A stretch of 64,000 bases of DNA from an uncultured Verrucomicrobiae bacterium. GTDB lineage: Bacteria; Verrucomicrobiota; Verrucomicrobiia; Chthoniobacterales; JAFAMB01. Position 1 is the stretch's first letter. Each line of letters opens with the position of its first letter. Position numbers and translations under genes: made by a program. Location: NCBI GenBank assembly GCA_963813025.1, contig CAWEXO010000013.1, positions 224,001 to 288,000 on the forward strand, given 5' to 3'. Under the pieces are notes generated by a model that was not told where the DNA came from, did no database searches, and worked only from the letters and a program-made list of their open reading frames with translations. Shown piece by piece: positions 1 to 9,620 of the stretch.

Positions 1-591
1 ACGCCCGACATCTTGCCTTACTACCTGCAAACCGGCGGCCGTGCCGCGTTTTTGATCCGGCTTGTGCTCGCCGCCACCCTTTCCAGCGTGTACGGCATCT
101 ACAGCGGCTTTGAGCTCTGCGAGAACGTTCCGATTCCGGGCAAAGAGGAATACCTAAACTCAGAGAAATACCAGTATAAAGAGCGCGATTGGGATGCGCC
201 CGGCAATATCAAGGAATTTATTGCGAGCGTGAACCGTATTCGACGGACGAACCGTGCCCTCGAGTCCTATGACAATTTGCGGTTCCATACCATCGAGAAC
301 GATCAAATCCTTTTTTACTCGAAGGCGACTCCTGGCCTCGACAACGTGATCTTGGTTTTCGTGACGGTGGATCCGTTTAACCGTCAGACCGGATTCGCCT
401 CGGTTCCGCTGGAACTGTTCGACCTTGCAGAAACAGAACCATACGAGGTAGCAGATCTTCTGACCGAAGAGAAGTACGTCTGGAACGGTCGGAGAAATTT
501 TGTGATGCTCGATCCCGGCACCCGGCCGGCGCATATCTTCCGCGTGCGCCGCCCGGTTAATCGCACTGGTTCGGAAAACGTTTTTGCGTGA
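1..591 (+). CDS. glgE: Alpha-1,4-glucan:maltose-1-phosphate maltosyltransferase, 3' part (runs off the window start)
   Basis: Frame open from base 1: TPDILPYYLQ-GGR-AF-IR-VLAATLS-YGIYSGFELCEN...EEYLNSEKYQ, the typical GlgE C-terminal half. Confidence 0.9.
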   Translation, partial: TPDILPYYLQTGGRAAFLIRLVLAATLSSVYGIYSGFELCENVPIPGKEEYLNSEKYQYKERDWDAPGNIKEFIASVNRIRRTNRALESYDNLRFHTIENDQILFYSKATPGLDNVILVFVTVDPFNRQTGFASVPLELFDLAETEPYEVADLLTEEKYVWNGRRNFVMLDPGTRPAHIFRVRRPVNRTGSENVFA

Positions 592-599
592 TGCGTTCT

Positions 600-660
600 A
601 GCGTCTGGAGCGAATGGTTTGTCCAGCGTCCGGCTCAAACAAGTTCTCGCCGCGCGCAGG
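600..660. repeat. Partial copy of the nested palindromic MITE-like repeat (inner module)
   Basis: gtctggagcg...cagcgtccggctcaaacaagttctcgcc matches 53930-53977. Confidence 0.75.
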
Positions 661-728
661 ATTTATTTCGTTTGGCGAATTCCTGACTCGCCGAAATCGC
701 TCTCGATCGTTTAAGATGCAGTCAGCGC

Positions 729-2117
729 ATGAAAAAGGCTATTTTCTTTAGCGTTCTGGTAGTCTGCTCTCTTTCATTTTTCGGATGCGGCAAATCAAAG
801 GACCAGGCGATTCATGATCTGGCCGGCCTGAATCTCAGATTTTCGGCCGATGATTTTGTTACTTCAGCGGCTCGCGGCGATATGAAAGCGCTGAGCCTGT
901 ATTTCATTGCCGGAATCGATCTGGATGCGCCTAATTCTTTCGGGCAAACTGCTTTGATGGCGGCAGCCGAGAAAGGGCAGACGGTCGCGGCCCGGGCTCT
1001 GATCGATCACCACGCCGATCTCAACGCGAAAGACCGGAACGGCATCACCGCCTTGATGCTCGCCGCCGCCAATAATCATCCGGATATTACCAAATTGCTC
1101 ATCGACCATCAGGCCGATCTTTCCCTTCAGGATAATAGCGGTTGGACGGCTACGATGAAAGCCGTTTACCAGGGAAATATTGAGTGTGTCAAAATTCTTG
1201 TCGACCGCTCGAAAGAAGAACTGGATCGCGCTCTACTGATTGCCGCTTTGGCCGGCCATCAGGATGTCGTGCGAGTTTTGCTGAATCATGGAGCCGAGGT
1301 GGATACGCGGGCCGCGGACGGGCGAACGGCACTGATGCTGGCTTCGGCCAAGAATCACAAAGACGTTGTCGACGCCCTGCTCAAAGCCGGAGCGGATCCC
1401 TCGCTAACCGATCAAAACGGTTTGACTGCGGAGAAACTGGCCAGCGCTAACAATTTTCAAGAAGTGGCTGCGACCCTTCAGCAAGCCCCGCCGCCTGCGG
1501 CGCACCCTTCCGGGTCTGCTAACGGGGAGAGCGGACCGAAGAATGGCGCGATGTCCGATCGGGATTTTCTGGCAGCCTCGTCGCCTGGAGCCAGTGCGTC
1601 CGGTACGTCCAGTGTCAACGTTCCTGGACCGGCCGGCCCAAACCAAGGATCGCCCCTTTCCGCCAAGTTATCGGTCAAAGAGATCGATGAAGCCTTTCTT
1701 CCAATCACACTGCTCTCGATTGAGGGCAAAAGCGCCGAACTGCGCGACGCCGATGGCGAGACTTATAAAGTAAGCCCTGGTGATCAACTGAAAGGGCTGG
1801 ACTATCGTGTCCTCGAGGTTGCGCCGCGGAGCGTCAACGACAAAGACGGCAACGAAGTCGATGCGTCGCTCGTCAAGCTCCGAAATTTGAAGAACGGCGA
1901 GACTGTCTCGTTGATTAAGGGGATACCGGCCCGCGAGCGGAGCGCTTCGGTCGTGCTTGGTTTCAAAAATTCGGACGAGACAGCAAAGGTCAGTCTCGAC
2001 CAGACGTTCTCGATTCCCGGCGAGACCGATCATACCTACAAAGTGCTCGATATCCGGCCGCACCAAGTTGTCATTCGAAGGGACGACGACAAGGTCTGGA
2101 CGCTGCAAAAAGAGTGA
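729..2117 (+). CDS. Ankyrin-repeat lipoprotein with low-complexity linker and a C-terminal beta-rich domain (possibly Amuc_1099-like)
   Basis: Lipobox-like FFGC; several G-TALM-AA ankyrin repeats; Pro/Ser/Gly linker; C-terminal YKVLDIRPHQVVI. Confidence 0.8.
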   Translation: MKKAIFFSVLVVCSLSFFGCGKSKDQAIHDLAGLNLRFSADDFVTSAARGDMKALSLYFIAGIDLDAPNSFGQTALMAAAEKGQTVAARALIDHHADLNAKDRNGITALMLAAANNHPDITKLLIDHQADLSLQDNSGWTATMKAVYQGNIECVKILVDRSKEELDRALLIAALAGHQDVVRVLLNHGAEVDTRAADGRTALMLASAKNHKDVVDALLKAGADPSLTDQNGLTAEKLASANNFQEVAATLQQAPPPAAHPSGSANGESGPKNGAMSDRDFLAASSPGASASGTSSVNVPGPAGPNQGSPLSAKLSVKEIDEAFLPITLLSIEGKSAELRDADGETYKVSPGDQLKGLDYRVLEVAPRSVNDKDGNEVDASLVKLRNLKNGETVSLIKGIPARERSASVVLGFKNSDETAKVSLDQTFSIPGETDHTYKVLDIRPHQVVIRRDDDKVWTLQKE

Positions 2118-2215
2118 TCGGAGCGAGCGCAGAGTCGCGAGCTTGCCCGCTCACTACACTCGCGGGAACTCCTTGTGCACCTTGAAGTTCCCGTCGAAAA
2201 TGAACGTCAGCTAAG

Positions 2216-3034
2216 ATGAAAATACCCTTGGAAGATCTTTTCGAAGACATCGTGGGCAAGGCGCAGCGCGGTCTGGGTATGGACGATCGTGAATTGGCCA
2301 CCAAGCTGGGCATAAGTGTGGAAAGCCTGCGCGAACTCAAACGCGGCGCGGCAGATCGCCAACTCGTGCCGAAAGTTGCTCAAGCACTGAATCTCGGCGC
2401 CAGCGCGCTGGCCGATTCCTATGGAGAACGCTGGTTTCCGGCGAATGTAACCACAGTGGAAGGGGTGGCCCAATTCAACACCGACCTCCTTGGAATGACG
2501 GTCAACGCCTACGTGGTCTGGGATCCGAAGGCAAAAAAGGGCGCGATCTTCGACACGGGGGCGGATGCAACCAAGATGTTAAAATTCGTCAGGGACCAGC
2601 AAATCCAGGTGGAAAACATTTTTATCACGCACACCCACGATGATCATATCGCCTGCGTTGATGATCTTCTCCGGGCGACAGGCGCCAAGCTCTTTGCTCC
2701 AGCCCTCGAATCCCTGAGCGGCGCGGAACCAGTCAAAGACGGTAATCGTTTTCAGGTTGCTGGTCTGAGTATTGAAGCGCGGTTAACCAATGGGCATTCG
2801 CCGGGCGGGACTTCTTACTTCGTTCGGGGCCTGGGCGTCCCCGTTGTTGTCGTTGGTGATTCGCTATTTGCCGGCTCGATGGGTGGAGCGCAAAACGATT
2901 ACGCACTCGCGCTGCGGAACAACGCGGAAAAGATCCTCAGTTTGCCGGAAGAGACTTTGATTTGTCCCGGCCATGGTCCGATGACGACGGTCGCCAACGA
3001 GCGCAAACAGAACCCGTTTTTTGCCACGGGTTAA
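2216..3034 (+). CDS. MBL-fold metallo-hydrolase (glyoxalase II-like) with N-terminal HTH-like extension
   Basis: THTHDDH, GHSPG, GDSLF, PGHG motifs. Confidence 0.85.
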   Translation: MKIPLEDLFEDIVGKAQRGLGMDDRELATKLGISVESLRELKRGAADRQLVPKVAQALNLGASALADSYGERWFPANVTTVEGVAQFNTDLLGMTVNAYVVWDPKAKKGAIFDTGADATKMLKFVRDQQIQVENIFITHTHDDHIACVDDLLRATGAKLFAPALESLSGAEPVKDGNRFQVAGLSIEARLTNGHSPGGTSYFVRGLGVPVVVVGDSLFAGSMGGAQNDYALALRNNAEKILSLPEETLICPGHGPMTTVANERKQNPFFATG

Positions 3035-3087
3035 ACGAGCGACGATGTTCTATGGTCGATTGGCCGGCCGATAATTCCTTAAGTCAA

Positions 3088-3681
3088 ATGTCGGTGGCCG
3101 ACCCCGAGCTCTCACCTGCTGATCTCAATTGCCCTCTGGTTTTCAGCGAGGTTTTTACGGAGAGTTTGCCGATAGAGCTGGATCTCGGTTCCGGGAGCGG
3201 CAAGTTTCTCCTCTGCGCGGCTCGACAATTCCCAGATCGTAATTTTCTGGGTGTGGAACGTCTCCTTGGTCGGGTCCGCAAAATCCGCCGGCGCGCCGCG
3301 GAGGCGGGCTTAAACAATCTGCGCATTATGCGGTTGGAAATCGGATATGCTGTCCGGTATCTCTTTCCACCCAATTCGGTCCGCCGGGTTCATTTGTACT
3401 TTCCGGATCCGTGGCCGAAACGAAAACATCATCGGCGGCGCATGATCGAACCCGGCTTTCTGCGCGACCTGGGCAGAACAATCGAGCCGGGAGGCGATAT
3501 TCTCATCAAGACCGATCACGCCGAGTATTTTCGGCAGATCACTCAGGCTGTCCACTCGGTGGCTCCTTGCTTGATCTCGGTCGATTGGATCGAGCAGGAG
3601 TATCCTCAGACCGATTTTGAGGAGGCGTTCGAGCGGGCGGGTACCCCGATCTATCGGCTGCGCCTTTGCAAAATGACGTGA
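3088..3681 (+). CDS. trmB: tRNA (guanine-N7)-methyltransferase
   Basis: LDLGSGSG SAM motif, NFLGVE, FPDPWPKRKHHRRR, KTDH, T-FE; start chosen at ATG 3088. Confidence 0.92.
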   Translation: MSVADPELSPADLNCPLVFSEVFTESLPIELDLGSGSGKFLLCAARQFPDRNFLGVERLLGRVRKIRRRAAEAGLNNLRIMRLEIGYAVRYLFPPNSVRRVHLYFPDPWPKRKHHRRRMIEPGFLRDLGRTIEPGGDILIKTDHAEYFRQITQAVHSVAPCLISVDWIEQEYPQTDFEEAFERAGTPIYRLRLCKMT

Positions 3682-5858
3682 CCGCGATGGAATCCGCGCA
3701 GTTCGAGCCTGCTGCGAGTGGCCCTGATGGTAATGGCGCCGGTGGATGTCAGGTTGAACACTGGAACGGAATTGTCTGGCAAATTTCCGCTGGGCTGCTG
3801 CAGACAGATAATGGAGCGTGTCTGGTCTGACAGGCCGGGATTCTTCCTGGAAAAACTTGCGACCCGCTTCAAGATTACCACGTCGAGCGGTATGCCAGGC
3901 AGATCCGTTGTTGAGGAGAGGATCAGCTCCGGGGCGATCAACAGACGAAACCCAAACCATTCGCAAAGCAGCGCGGTAGGCGCCCGGCTGCGTCTGGCCC
4001 GAGTTTGCGTTTTCCAAGGCAGAGAACAGAAACTTAGCTTTACCTTGTCGGTCAACGCCAGGGCTGCCGGCCACCGCCGCACTCCGCTCAGGAGGAGATT
4101 TCGCGGTTCTATCGCAAAAACGACCGTGTCCGGGTATTGCTCCAGACCGCGCGGCAGACCGCCAGCGTGAGCCTTGTCCTCCCTTTGAAGCAAGATCCCT
4201 CGGATCTGGTTGACCCCGGCAAACTCGAGGTAGGGTGCCACGATCCGGCGCCATTGTGCCTCGGTGCCAGAGTTGATCAGCCAGGTATCGGTTCCCGCCT
4301 GCAAAGAGAGCACCGGCGCACGCCCCGTCGCAAGCACGGTCAGTCGGCCTGTATCAGCGATGGGAAAGGCAACATTCAGCGAATTGCCCGGTAACTGTGC
4401 AGCGAGGTCAACGATCAAGAGAAATCCTTTGGCAAAAAGCCAATTCGCATTGTTCAAAGAGATCCCCGCCCAAGCCGAGAACGGCATGAGCATCAAGGAG
4501 AGAGCTCCCGTGAAAAGGATCCAACTGCCTACGGGAACCGCGAAAAGATTGGCGAGCAGTCCAGAAAACGCAATCCGGTGATAGACCAGGATCAGGATTG
4601 GCAGAGAGCTGATCCAGCAGACGATCGATACGGAGAGAAGATCTCCGCAGATATGAATCGCGCGCTGGATCAGGCGCCGCCTCCGGCCAACCAATTGGCG
4701 AGGAATATAAGGATCAATCTCGAAACAACCCACCATGATTCTGGACAGTGGACGGACAAATAAGACGATGGCAAAAACGGTGAGGAACGAGAGTTGAAAT
4801 CCGATCTGAAACGCTTCTTCAGTATCGATCGCCAGAAGCAGGAAAGCCACGGCGGCAAGAATATTCAAGAGAATGGATGGGCGCTCGATCGCGATGCCAA
4901 GGAAGAGGAGGCTTGTCATCAGAGTCGCACGCAGACTCGAAGGCGAAAATCCCGCGGTCAGGCAATAAGCCATGACCAAGGGGAGGACCGTCAAAGCTGC
5001 CAATTTCCGCGGAAACCGGAAGACGCGGACTAGGAGCCAGCTCAGCCCGGCAAAAAGAGTGATTTTCAGCCCGTCGATGACGAACAGGTGCAAGGTGCCC
5101 GTCCGTTGGAGACGATCGAGGAGATCCGGGCCGAGGGCGGTATGTTTCCCGAGCACGATTCCTTCGACGACCTGCCCGGCCGCCGGCTCATCTTCGATTC
5201 CTCGAACGAGATTCCCGGCGGCTATCCGTCGCAGCCAGAGTGCCGCGCGGATCAGCGGGTTTCCGCGGTTACGAGCGAACACCACGTGCGACGATTTTCC
5301 GCGGATGTAGGATACCAGGTAGATACGCTGGCGGCGCAGGTAAGCACGGTAATCAAATTCGCCGGGATTATTCGCAGTATTGGGCAGATTCAAATGAAAA
5401 TAGCCCTGAAGAACGTCACCGTATTCAATCGGCGCATCGGGGAGCTCGAGAAGCACACGAAAGTGAGCCGGGCGGTCTTCCAGGGAAATTACCTTCGCCG
5501 CGAATCGGATCGATGGCGGCTGGCGACCGGAGCTTTTTTCCGGTTCAGAAACGACCAGTGCTTGAAGGAAGCTGAATTTTTCCGGCAAATGACGAGCGAG
5601 TCTGAAACCTTGGTCAGTCCAAGAGCGGAAACTGTGCAGGAACGAAAAAAAGAAAAATACGGTGAGCAGAGTCAGAGCCGTCTTTCGATAACAAAGAGCG
5701 AGCAAAGCCGCGCCGGTAGTGAGCCAGGCGAAGAGCCGCCAGCGGGAAAGGAACTGGTCGGAAGCAACGACGCCGCTGACCGCCGCTGCTGCCAGAGCGA
5801 CAAAAGGCAGCCGGGCGCGCCACCAAGAGAATTTCGGGATTTCCGACGTTGCCAGCAC
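3651..5858 (-). CDS. comEC: ComEC/Rec2 competence protein (OB-like, competence and degenerate MBL domains)
   Basis: NPGEFDYRAYL, G-LHLF, SPSSLRA-LM, GFQLSF, multiple TM segments. Confidence 0.85.
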   Translation of the reverse strand: MLATSEIPKFSWWRARLPFVALAAAAVSGVVASDQFLSRWRLFAWLTTGAALLALCYRKTALTLLTVFFFFSFLHSFRSWTDQGFRLARHLPEKFSFLQALVVSEPEKSSGRQPPSIRFAAKVISLEDRPAHFRVLLELPDAPIEYGDVLQGYFHLNLPNTANNPGEFDYRAYLRRQRIYLVSYIRGKSSHVVFARNRGNPLIRAALWLRRIAAGNLVRGIEDEPAAGQVVEGIVLGKHTALGPDLLDRLQRTGTLHLFVIDGLKITLFAGLSWLLVRVFRFPRKLAALTVLPLVMAYCLTAGFSPSSLRATLMTSLLFLGIAIERPSILLNILAAVAFLLLAIDTEEAFQIGFQLSFLTVFAIVLFVRPLSRIMVGCFEIDPYIPRQLVGRRRRLIQRAIHICGDLLSVSIVCWISSLPILILVYHRIAFSGLLANLFAVPVGSWILFTGALSLMLMPFSAWAGISLNNANWLFAKGFLLIVDLAAQLPGNSLNVAFPIADTGRLTVLATGRAPVLSLQAGTDTWLINSGTEAQWRRIVAPYLEFAGVNQIRGILLQREDKAHAGGLPRGLEQYPDTVVFAIEPRNLLLSGVRRWPAALALTDKVKLSFCSLPWKTQTRARRSRAPTALLCEWFGFRLLIAPELILSSTTDLPGIPLDVVILKRVASFSRKNPGLSDQTRSIICLQQPSGNLPDNSVPVFNLTSTGAITIRATRSRLELRGFHRGHVILQRRSR

Positions 5859-5907
5859 AGACTCAAGCTATATAACAACATAAGATATTAAAGTTGTTTC
5901 ATTTCGG

Positions 5908-5947
5908 GTCTCGATCCGGACGAGCAGAAGCTCATCCCTACCGCTCC
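5908..5947. repeat. REP-like short palindrome; interrupted second copy at 54852-54989
   Basis: gtctcgatccggacgagcagaagctcatccctaccgctcc; both halves recur at 54852 and 54968. Confidence 0.65.
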
Positions 5948-5984
5948 TTGTTCTTGACGCCACTCTCGAAAGTGGCTCGGACCT

Positions 5985-6062
5985 ATTCGAACCTTAGCGA
6001 GACTTGTTTGAGCCGTCTGGCGCGCGTGGTCTGCCTCAGTGTCCGGCTCAAACAAATTCTCG
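5985..6062. repeat. Partial copy of the nested palindromic repeat (inner module)
   Basis: cttgtttgagcc...ggctcaaacaa inverted arms, matching 53910-53977. Confidence 0.8.
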
Positions 6063-6149
6063 ACGCAATCTTCTAGCGGGCCGGCCTCGCGGTAGATCCA
6101 TCCCATTCGTAGGCACTTTGAATACTTCGCGAAGGCTCCGCTCGTATTC

Positions 6150-6941
6150 TCAAAGCCGTTCATTTTGTCCACCATTCAGCTCTATCCGCATACCGTCTTG
6201 CGCGAGCAAAACGTTTGTCCCGGGGAGAGATCGCCGCGCCTCGGCCAGTACTTCGGGCAACCGCGAATTCAGTTCCGGTGCGAGATGAGTCAGCAGAAGT
6301 AATGGCAACGCTTTATTCGAAAGGTATTGAAACAATTCTTTCGGCGGAAAATGGGCGAGTTCGCAAACGAACAGGTCGGGCGCGGTTAGCAGTTGAGAGT
6401 CAAGATCGGCGGGTTCGCCAAGGTCGCCGGAAAACAATATCCGAAAGGCCGGATGTTCGAGGAGAAGACTATAGGCGCAAAATCGATCCGGCGAAGGATT
6501 CGGACGAAGCGATTTGAGATGGGTAGTGGGTTGGGCAAGCACGCGAAGATCGAATCTGTCGAGCGTGGGGTCATCCTCCCAAGCGTGCATCTCCAGAGCA
6601 TAGGAGGCGAACTCTGGTCCGATGTAGGTCGCATTGAGCCACGCGGTCAACGGCTGAATCAATTCACCAGGCAAAAAAATTGGGAGAGCTTCTTTTCGAT
6701 GATCGATCCAGGCGCTTTGCAGGATCATCGGCAGGCCGCCGATATGATCCGAGTGGCCATGGGTGAGGAGAATCGCGTCGAGCCGGCCGGGATGTTCCCC
6801 CTGTTCCCAGAGAGATCGCGCGCAGGGTTCCCCGGCATCGATCAGCAAGCGGTGTTGCCCGATCTGCAACAACGCGCTGGAAAAAGCTCGACCGCCGACC
6901 GGAAAACCCGGGCCGGAACCGAGAACGAGTAATTCTGCCAT
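6150..6941 (-). CDS. MBL-fold hydrolase, RNase Z/BN-like
   Basis: LLVLGSG, LLIDAG, THGHSDH, FSGD, LTH. Confidence 0.8.
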   Translation of the reverse strand: MAELLVLGSGPGFPVGGRAFSSALLQIGQHRLLIDAGEPCARSLWEQGEHPGRLDAILLTHGHSDHIGGLPMILQSAWIDHRKEALPIFLPGELIQPLTAWLNATYIGPEFASYALEMHAWEDDPTLDRFDLRVLAQPTTHLKSLRPNPSPDRFCAYSLLLEHPAFRILFSGDLGEPADLDSQLLTAPDLFVCELAHFPPKELFQYLSNKALPLLLLTHLAPELNSRLPEVLAEARRSLPGTNVLLAQDGMRIELNGGQNERL

Positions 6942-6968
6942 CGGGCGAGGATAGGCCGCAGTAAAGCT

Positions 6969-8543
6969 TCAGCTTTGCGGACGGGTTTTCTGCAGCTTGT
7001 ACTCGTAACTCTCAACCAGCGCGAGCCAGCTCGCCTCGATGATGTTGTCCGATACGCCAACGGTGCACCAGCTTTCCCGATGATCGGTCGAGTCAATCAA
7101 GACACGGGTCCGTGCACCGGTTCCCTGGCTTGCGCCAATCATCCGCACTTTGTAATCGTCCAAGACCACATTCTCAATCTCCGGATATACCGGAGTAAGC
7201 GCCTTGCGCAGAGCAGCATCGAGCGCGTTGATCGGTCCGTCGCCTTCGGCGGCCGTGTAGATGTCATTCTTGCCAGCTCGCAATTTCACCGTCGCTTCGC
7301 AAGTCTCGTAGCGGTTTCGCACCGAGCGGATGTAAGTGCAGTGATACTCGAGAAGCTCCCAATACGGCGAGGTGTTCTGGAGAGCGCGCCGGATCAAGAG
7401 TTCAAGCGAAGCCTCGGCCGCTTCGAACTCATAGCCCAGGTGTTCCAGGCGTTTCACCTCGCGCAGGATGGTAGTCACTTCCGGCGACCCTTTCGCTAAA
7501 TCGAAGCCGAGTTCTCTGGCTTTCGCGATCACATTGCTCTGTCCCGCGAGCTCAGAAACCACGATACGCTGATGGTTGCCGACCGACTCCGGCTCGATGT
7601 GCTCGTAGCTGCGAGCCACTTTCTGGACGGCATGACCATGCAGGCCTCCTTTGTGGGTAAAAGCCGTGGAGCCGACAAAAGGAGCGCGGATGTTGTGCTG
7701 GCAATTTGCCATTTCGTCGACCAGCAGAGAAATCTCTCGCAACCGGGAAAGGTCCGCGACAACTTTGATCCCGAGCTTCAACTGAAGGTTTGGAATAACA
7801 CTGGTGAGATTACAATTTCCGGTCCGCTCCCCGTAACCGTTGATTGTCCCTTGCACCTGCACTGCGCCGGCTCGGATCGCCGCCAGAGCGCCCGCCACCG
7901 CCAACTCGCAATCATTGTGGGTATGAATGCCAATGGGACAATCGAGGGTTTGGATCACGCTCGCCGTGATTTTCTCGATCTCATGCACTTGGGAGCCGCC
8001 GTTCGTGTCACAAAGGACCACCGTATCAGCGCCCGCTTCGGCCGCGGCTCGAATGGCGCTCATGGCCGACTCCGGGCAATCCGTGTAACCGTCAAAAAAA
8101 TGTTCAGCGTCGAAAATTACCTCTTTCCCATGATTCTTCAGGTAGGCGACAGTCTCGCGAATCATCCGCCGGTTTTCCTCATCAGACACTCCCAAAATCT
8201 GTTCGAAATGAAGGCGCCAGCTCTTGCCGACGATGGTGACCACCGGGGTCTGGGCCGCCAGCAATAACGCGACCTGAGAGTCCGCCTCTGGCTTGGTCCG
8301 GCCGCGACAGGTACTGCCGAAGGCGCAAATGCGAGTTTGGCGCCAAGAGCGTTTCTTCGCTTCGTCAAAAAAGGCAATATCCTTGGGATTCGAGCCTGGC
8401 CAGCCGCCCTCAATGTAGGGAATACCAAAGGCGTCGAGCTTCTCAGCGATCCGTATCTTATCGTGGAGGCTGAAAGAGATCCCTTGACCCTGCGTGCCAT
8501 CACGCAGGGTGGTATCGTAGAGTGTTACCTGATTCCGGCTCAT
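6969..8543 (-). CDS. cimA: Citramalate synthase
   Basis: YDTTLRDGTQG, YIEGGWPGSNPKD, DAEHFFDG, HTHND, HKGGLH, DYKVR regulatory domain. Confidence 0.92.
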   Translation of the reverse strand: MSRNQVTLYDTTLRDGTQGQGISFSLHDKIRIAEKLDAFGIPYIEGGWPGSNPKDIAFFDEAKKRSWRQTRICAFGSTCRGRTKPEADSQVALLLAAQTPVVTIVGKSWRLHFEQILGVSDEENRRMIRETVAYLKNHGKEVIFDAEHFFDGYTDCPESAMSAIRAAAEAGADTVVLCDTNGGSQVHEIEKITASVIQTLDCPIGIHTHNDCELAVAGALAAIRAGAVQVQGTINGYGERTGNCNLTSVIPNLQLKLGIKVVADLSRLREISLLVDEMANCQHNIRAPFVGSTAFTHKGGLHGHAVQKVARSYEHIEPESVGNHQRIVVSELAGQSNVIAKARELGFDLAKGSPEVTTILREVKRLEHLGYEFEAAEASLELLIRRALQNTSPYWELLEYHCTYIRSVRNRYETCEATVKLRAGKNDIYTAAEGDGPINALDAALRKALTPVYPEIENVVLDDYKVRMIGASQGTGARTRVLIDSTDHRESWCTVGVSDNIIEASWLALVESYEYKLQKTRPQS

Positions 8544-8644
8544 GGCTGGGGTAAATTGCCTATCGCAGGCTGCCGGACTTTGCAAGAGACTTCCCGTTTC
8601 GGAAAAGATGCGCCGGCCAACTTTTCGGTATATTCATGCTTGGT

Positions 8645-9202
8645 ATGAATGCGAAATTCTCCGTTTGGGTAGCCGGAGCGCTACTTCTGTTTTTTACGGT
8701 TCCTTCCGCCATGGCGGGGCAGGCCGCGAAATCCGGTGTAGGCGTAAAATATGTGCCAACCGGTGTTCGCATCGAATACGTACACCCGGAGCGATTCACC
8801 GATTTTCGATTGCAAGGGCGATCCGCAACATGGACCGCTCCAATCTTCAGTCGGGAAATCGGAGCGGCGCTTGAGCAGGTTCTGGCGCGACGTCTTCCGG
8901 GTGGCAGCTTGACTTTGCGATTCAACGATATCGACCTCGCCGGCCGATATGAACCTCGGAGAGGCCCGCAGTTTGATAATATCCGGTTTGTGCGTACTGG
9001 CGCCACGCCGATCCGTCTGAATTTTGATTATACCTTGACGGACAGTCAGGGGCGTATCGTTTCCAGCGGTACCAGGGGTTTGTCGGACACCTTTTATCTG
9101 GATCGGTATCCCAACGCTCTGATCCGCTCGACTTTCGACCAACTTTTCTACGAGAAGCAGCTCCTGCAATCCTGGTTGACTAACGTTGTCCGGAGCTCAT
9201 AA
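8645..9202 (+). CDS. Secreted DUF3016-like protein
   Basis: Signal peptide; PERFTD, DIDLAG, P-I-L-Y-L-D, YEK-LL-W pattern. Confidence 0.7.
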   Translation: MNAKFSVWVAGALLLFFTVPSAMAGQAAKSGVGVKYVPTGVRIEYVHPERFTDFRLQGRSATWTAPIFSREIGAALEQVLARRLPGGSLTLRFNDIDLAGRYEPRRGPQFDNIRFVRTGATPIRLNFDYTLTDSQGRIVSSGTRGLSDTFYLDRYPNALIRSTFDQLFYEKQLLQSWLTNVVRSS

Positions 9203-9258
9203 GGCGCGTAGCGCGCAGCATAAGCTTCCAGCTTGTCAGCTTTTGAACCGGCAGGAAC

Positions 9259-9588
9259 GGTCTGTCGGACTCTGGAAATCGTAGGATGCCATCAAGCGTT
9301 TGGTCGCGCGAGCGCTAGAGATCGTCTCAGAATGCCGCACTGTCCGGTGGCGGTAGGGCGAAAATTTATTTGAGCCGGACGCTTGGTGAGCCACCCGTCC
9401 CAGATGGCTCCGCCTTCGCCAAGGCTGTGGCGGACACGTCAAACAAGTTCTCGCCTGGCGCTCGTCCGGCAAGGCGGATCGCCCTATCGGGCTCAGGACA
9501 AAAGAGGCCTTGGGATATCCCTCCAACCTCTCTTCCGAACCATAGCTCGATTGCGCGCTCTACAGATTGCCCAAAGTCCGATAGACCC
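9259..9588. mobile_element. Full-length nested palindromic MITE-like element, centre inverted relative to the 53.8 kb copy, with a 30-nt insertion
   Basis: Imperfect terminal IRs ggtctgtcggactctggaaatc / gattgcccaaagtccgatagacc; collinear with 53785-54100; no coding capacity. Confidence 0.8.
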
Positions 9589-9620
9589 AGGAACCGGCGC
9601 TACCTGGAAGTCCGAAGCGT

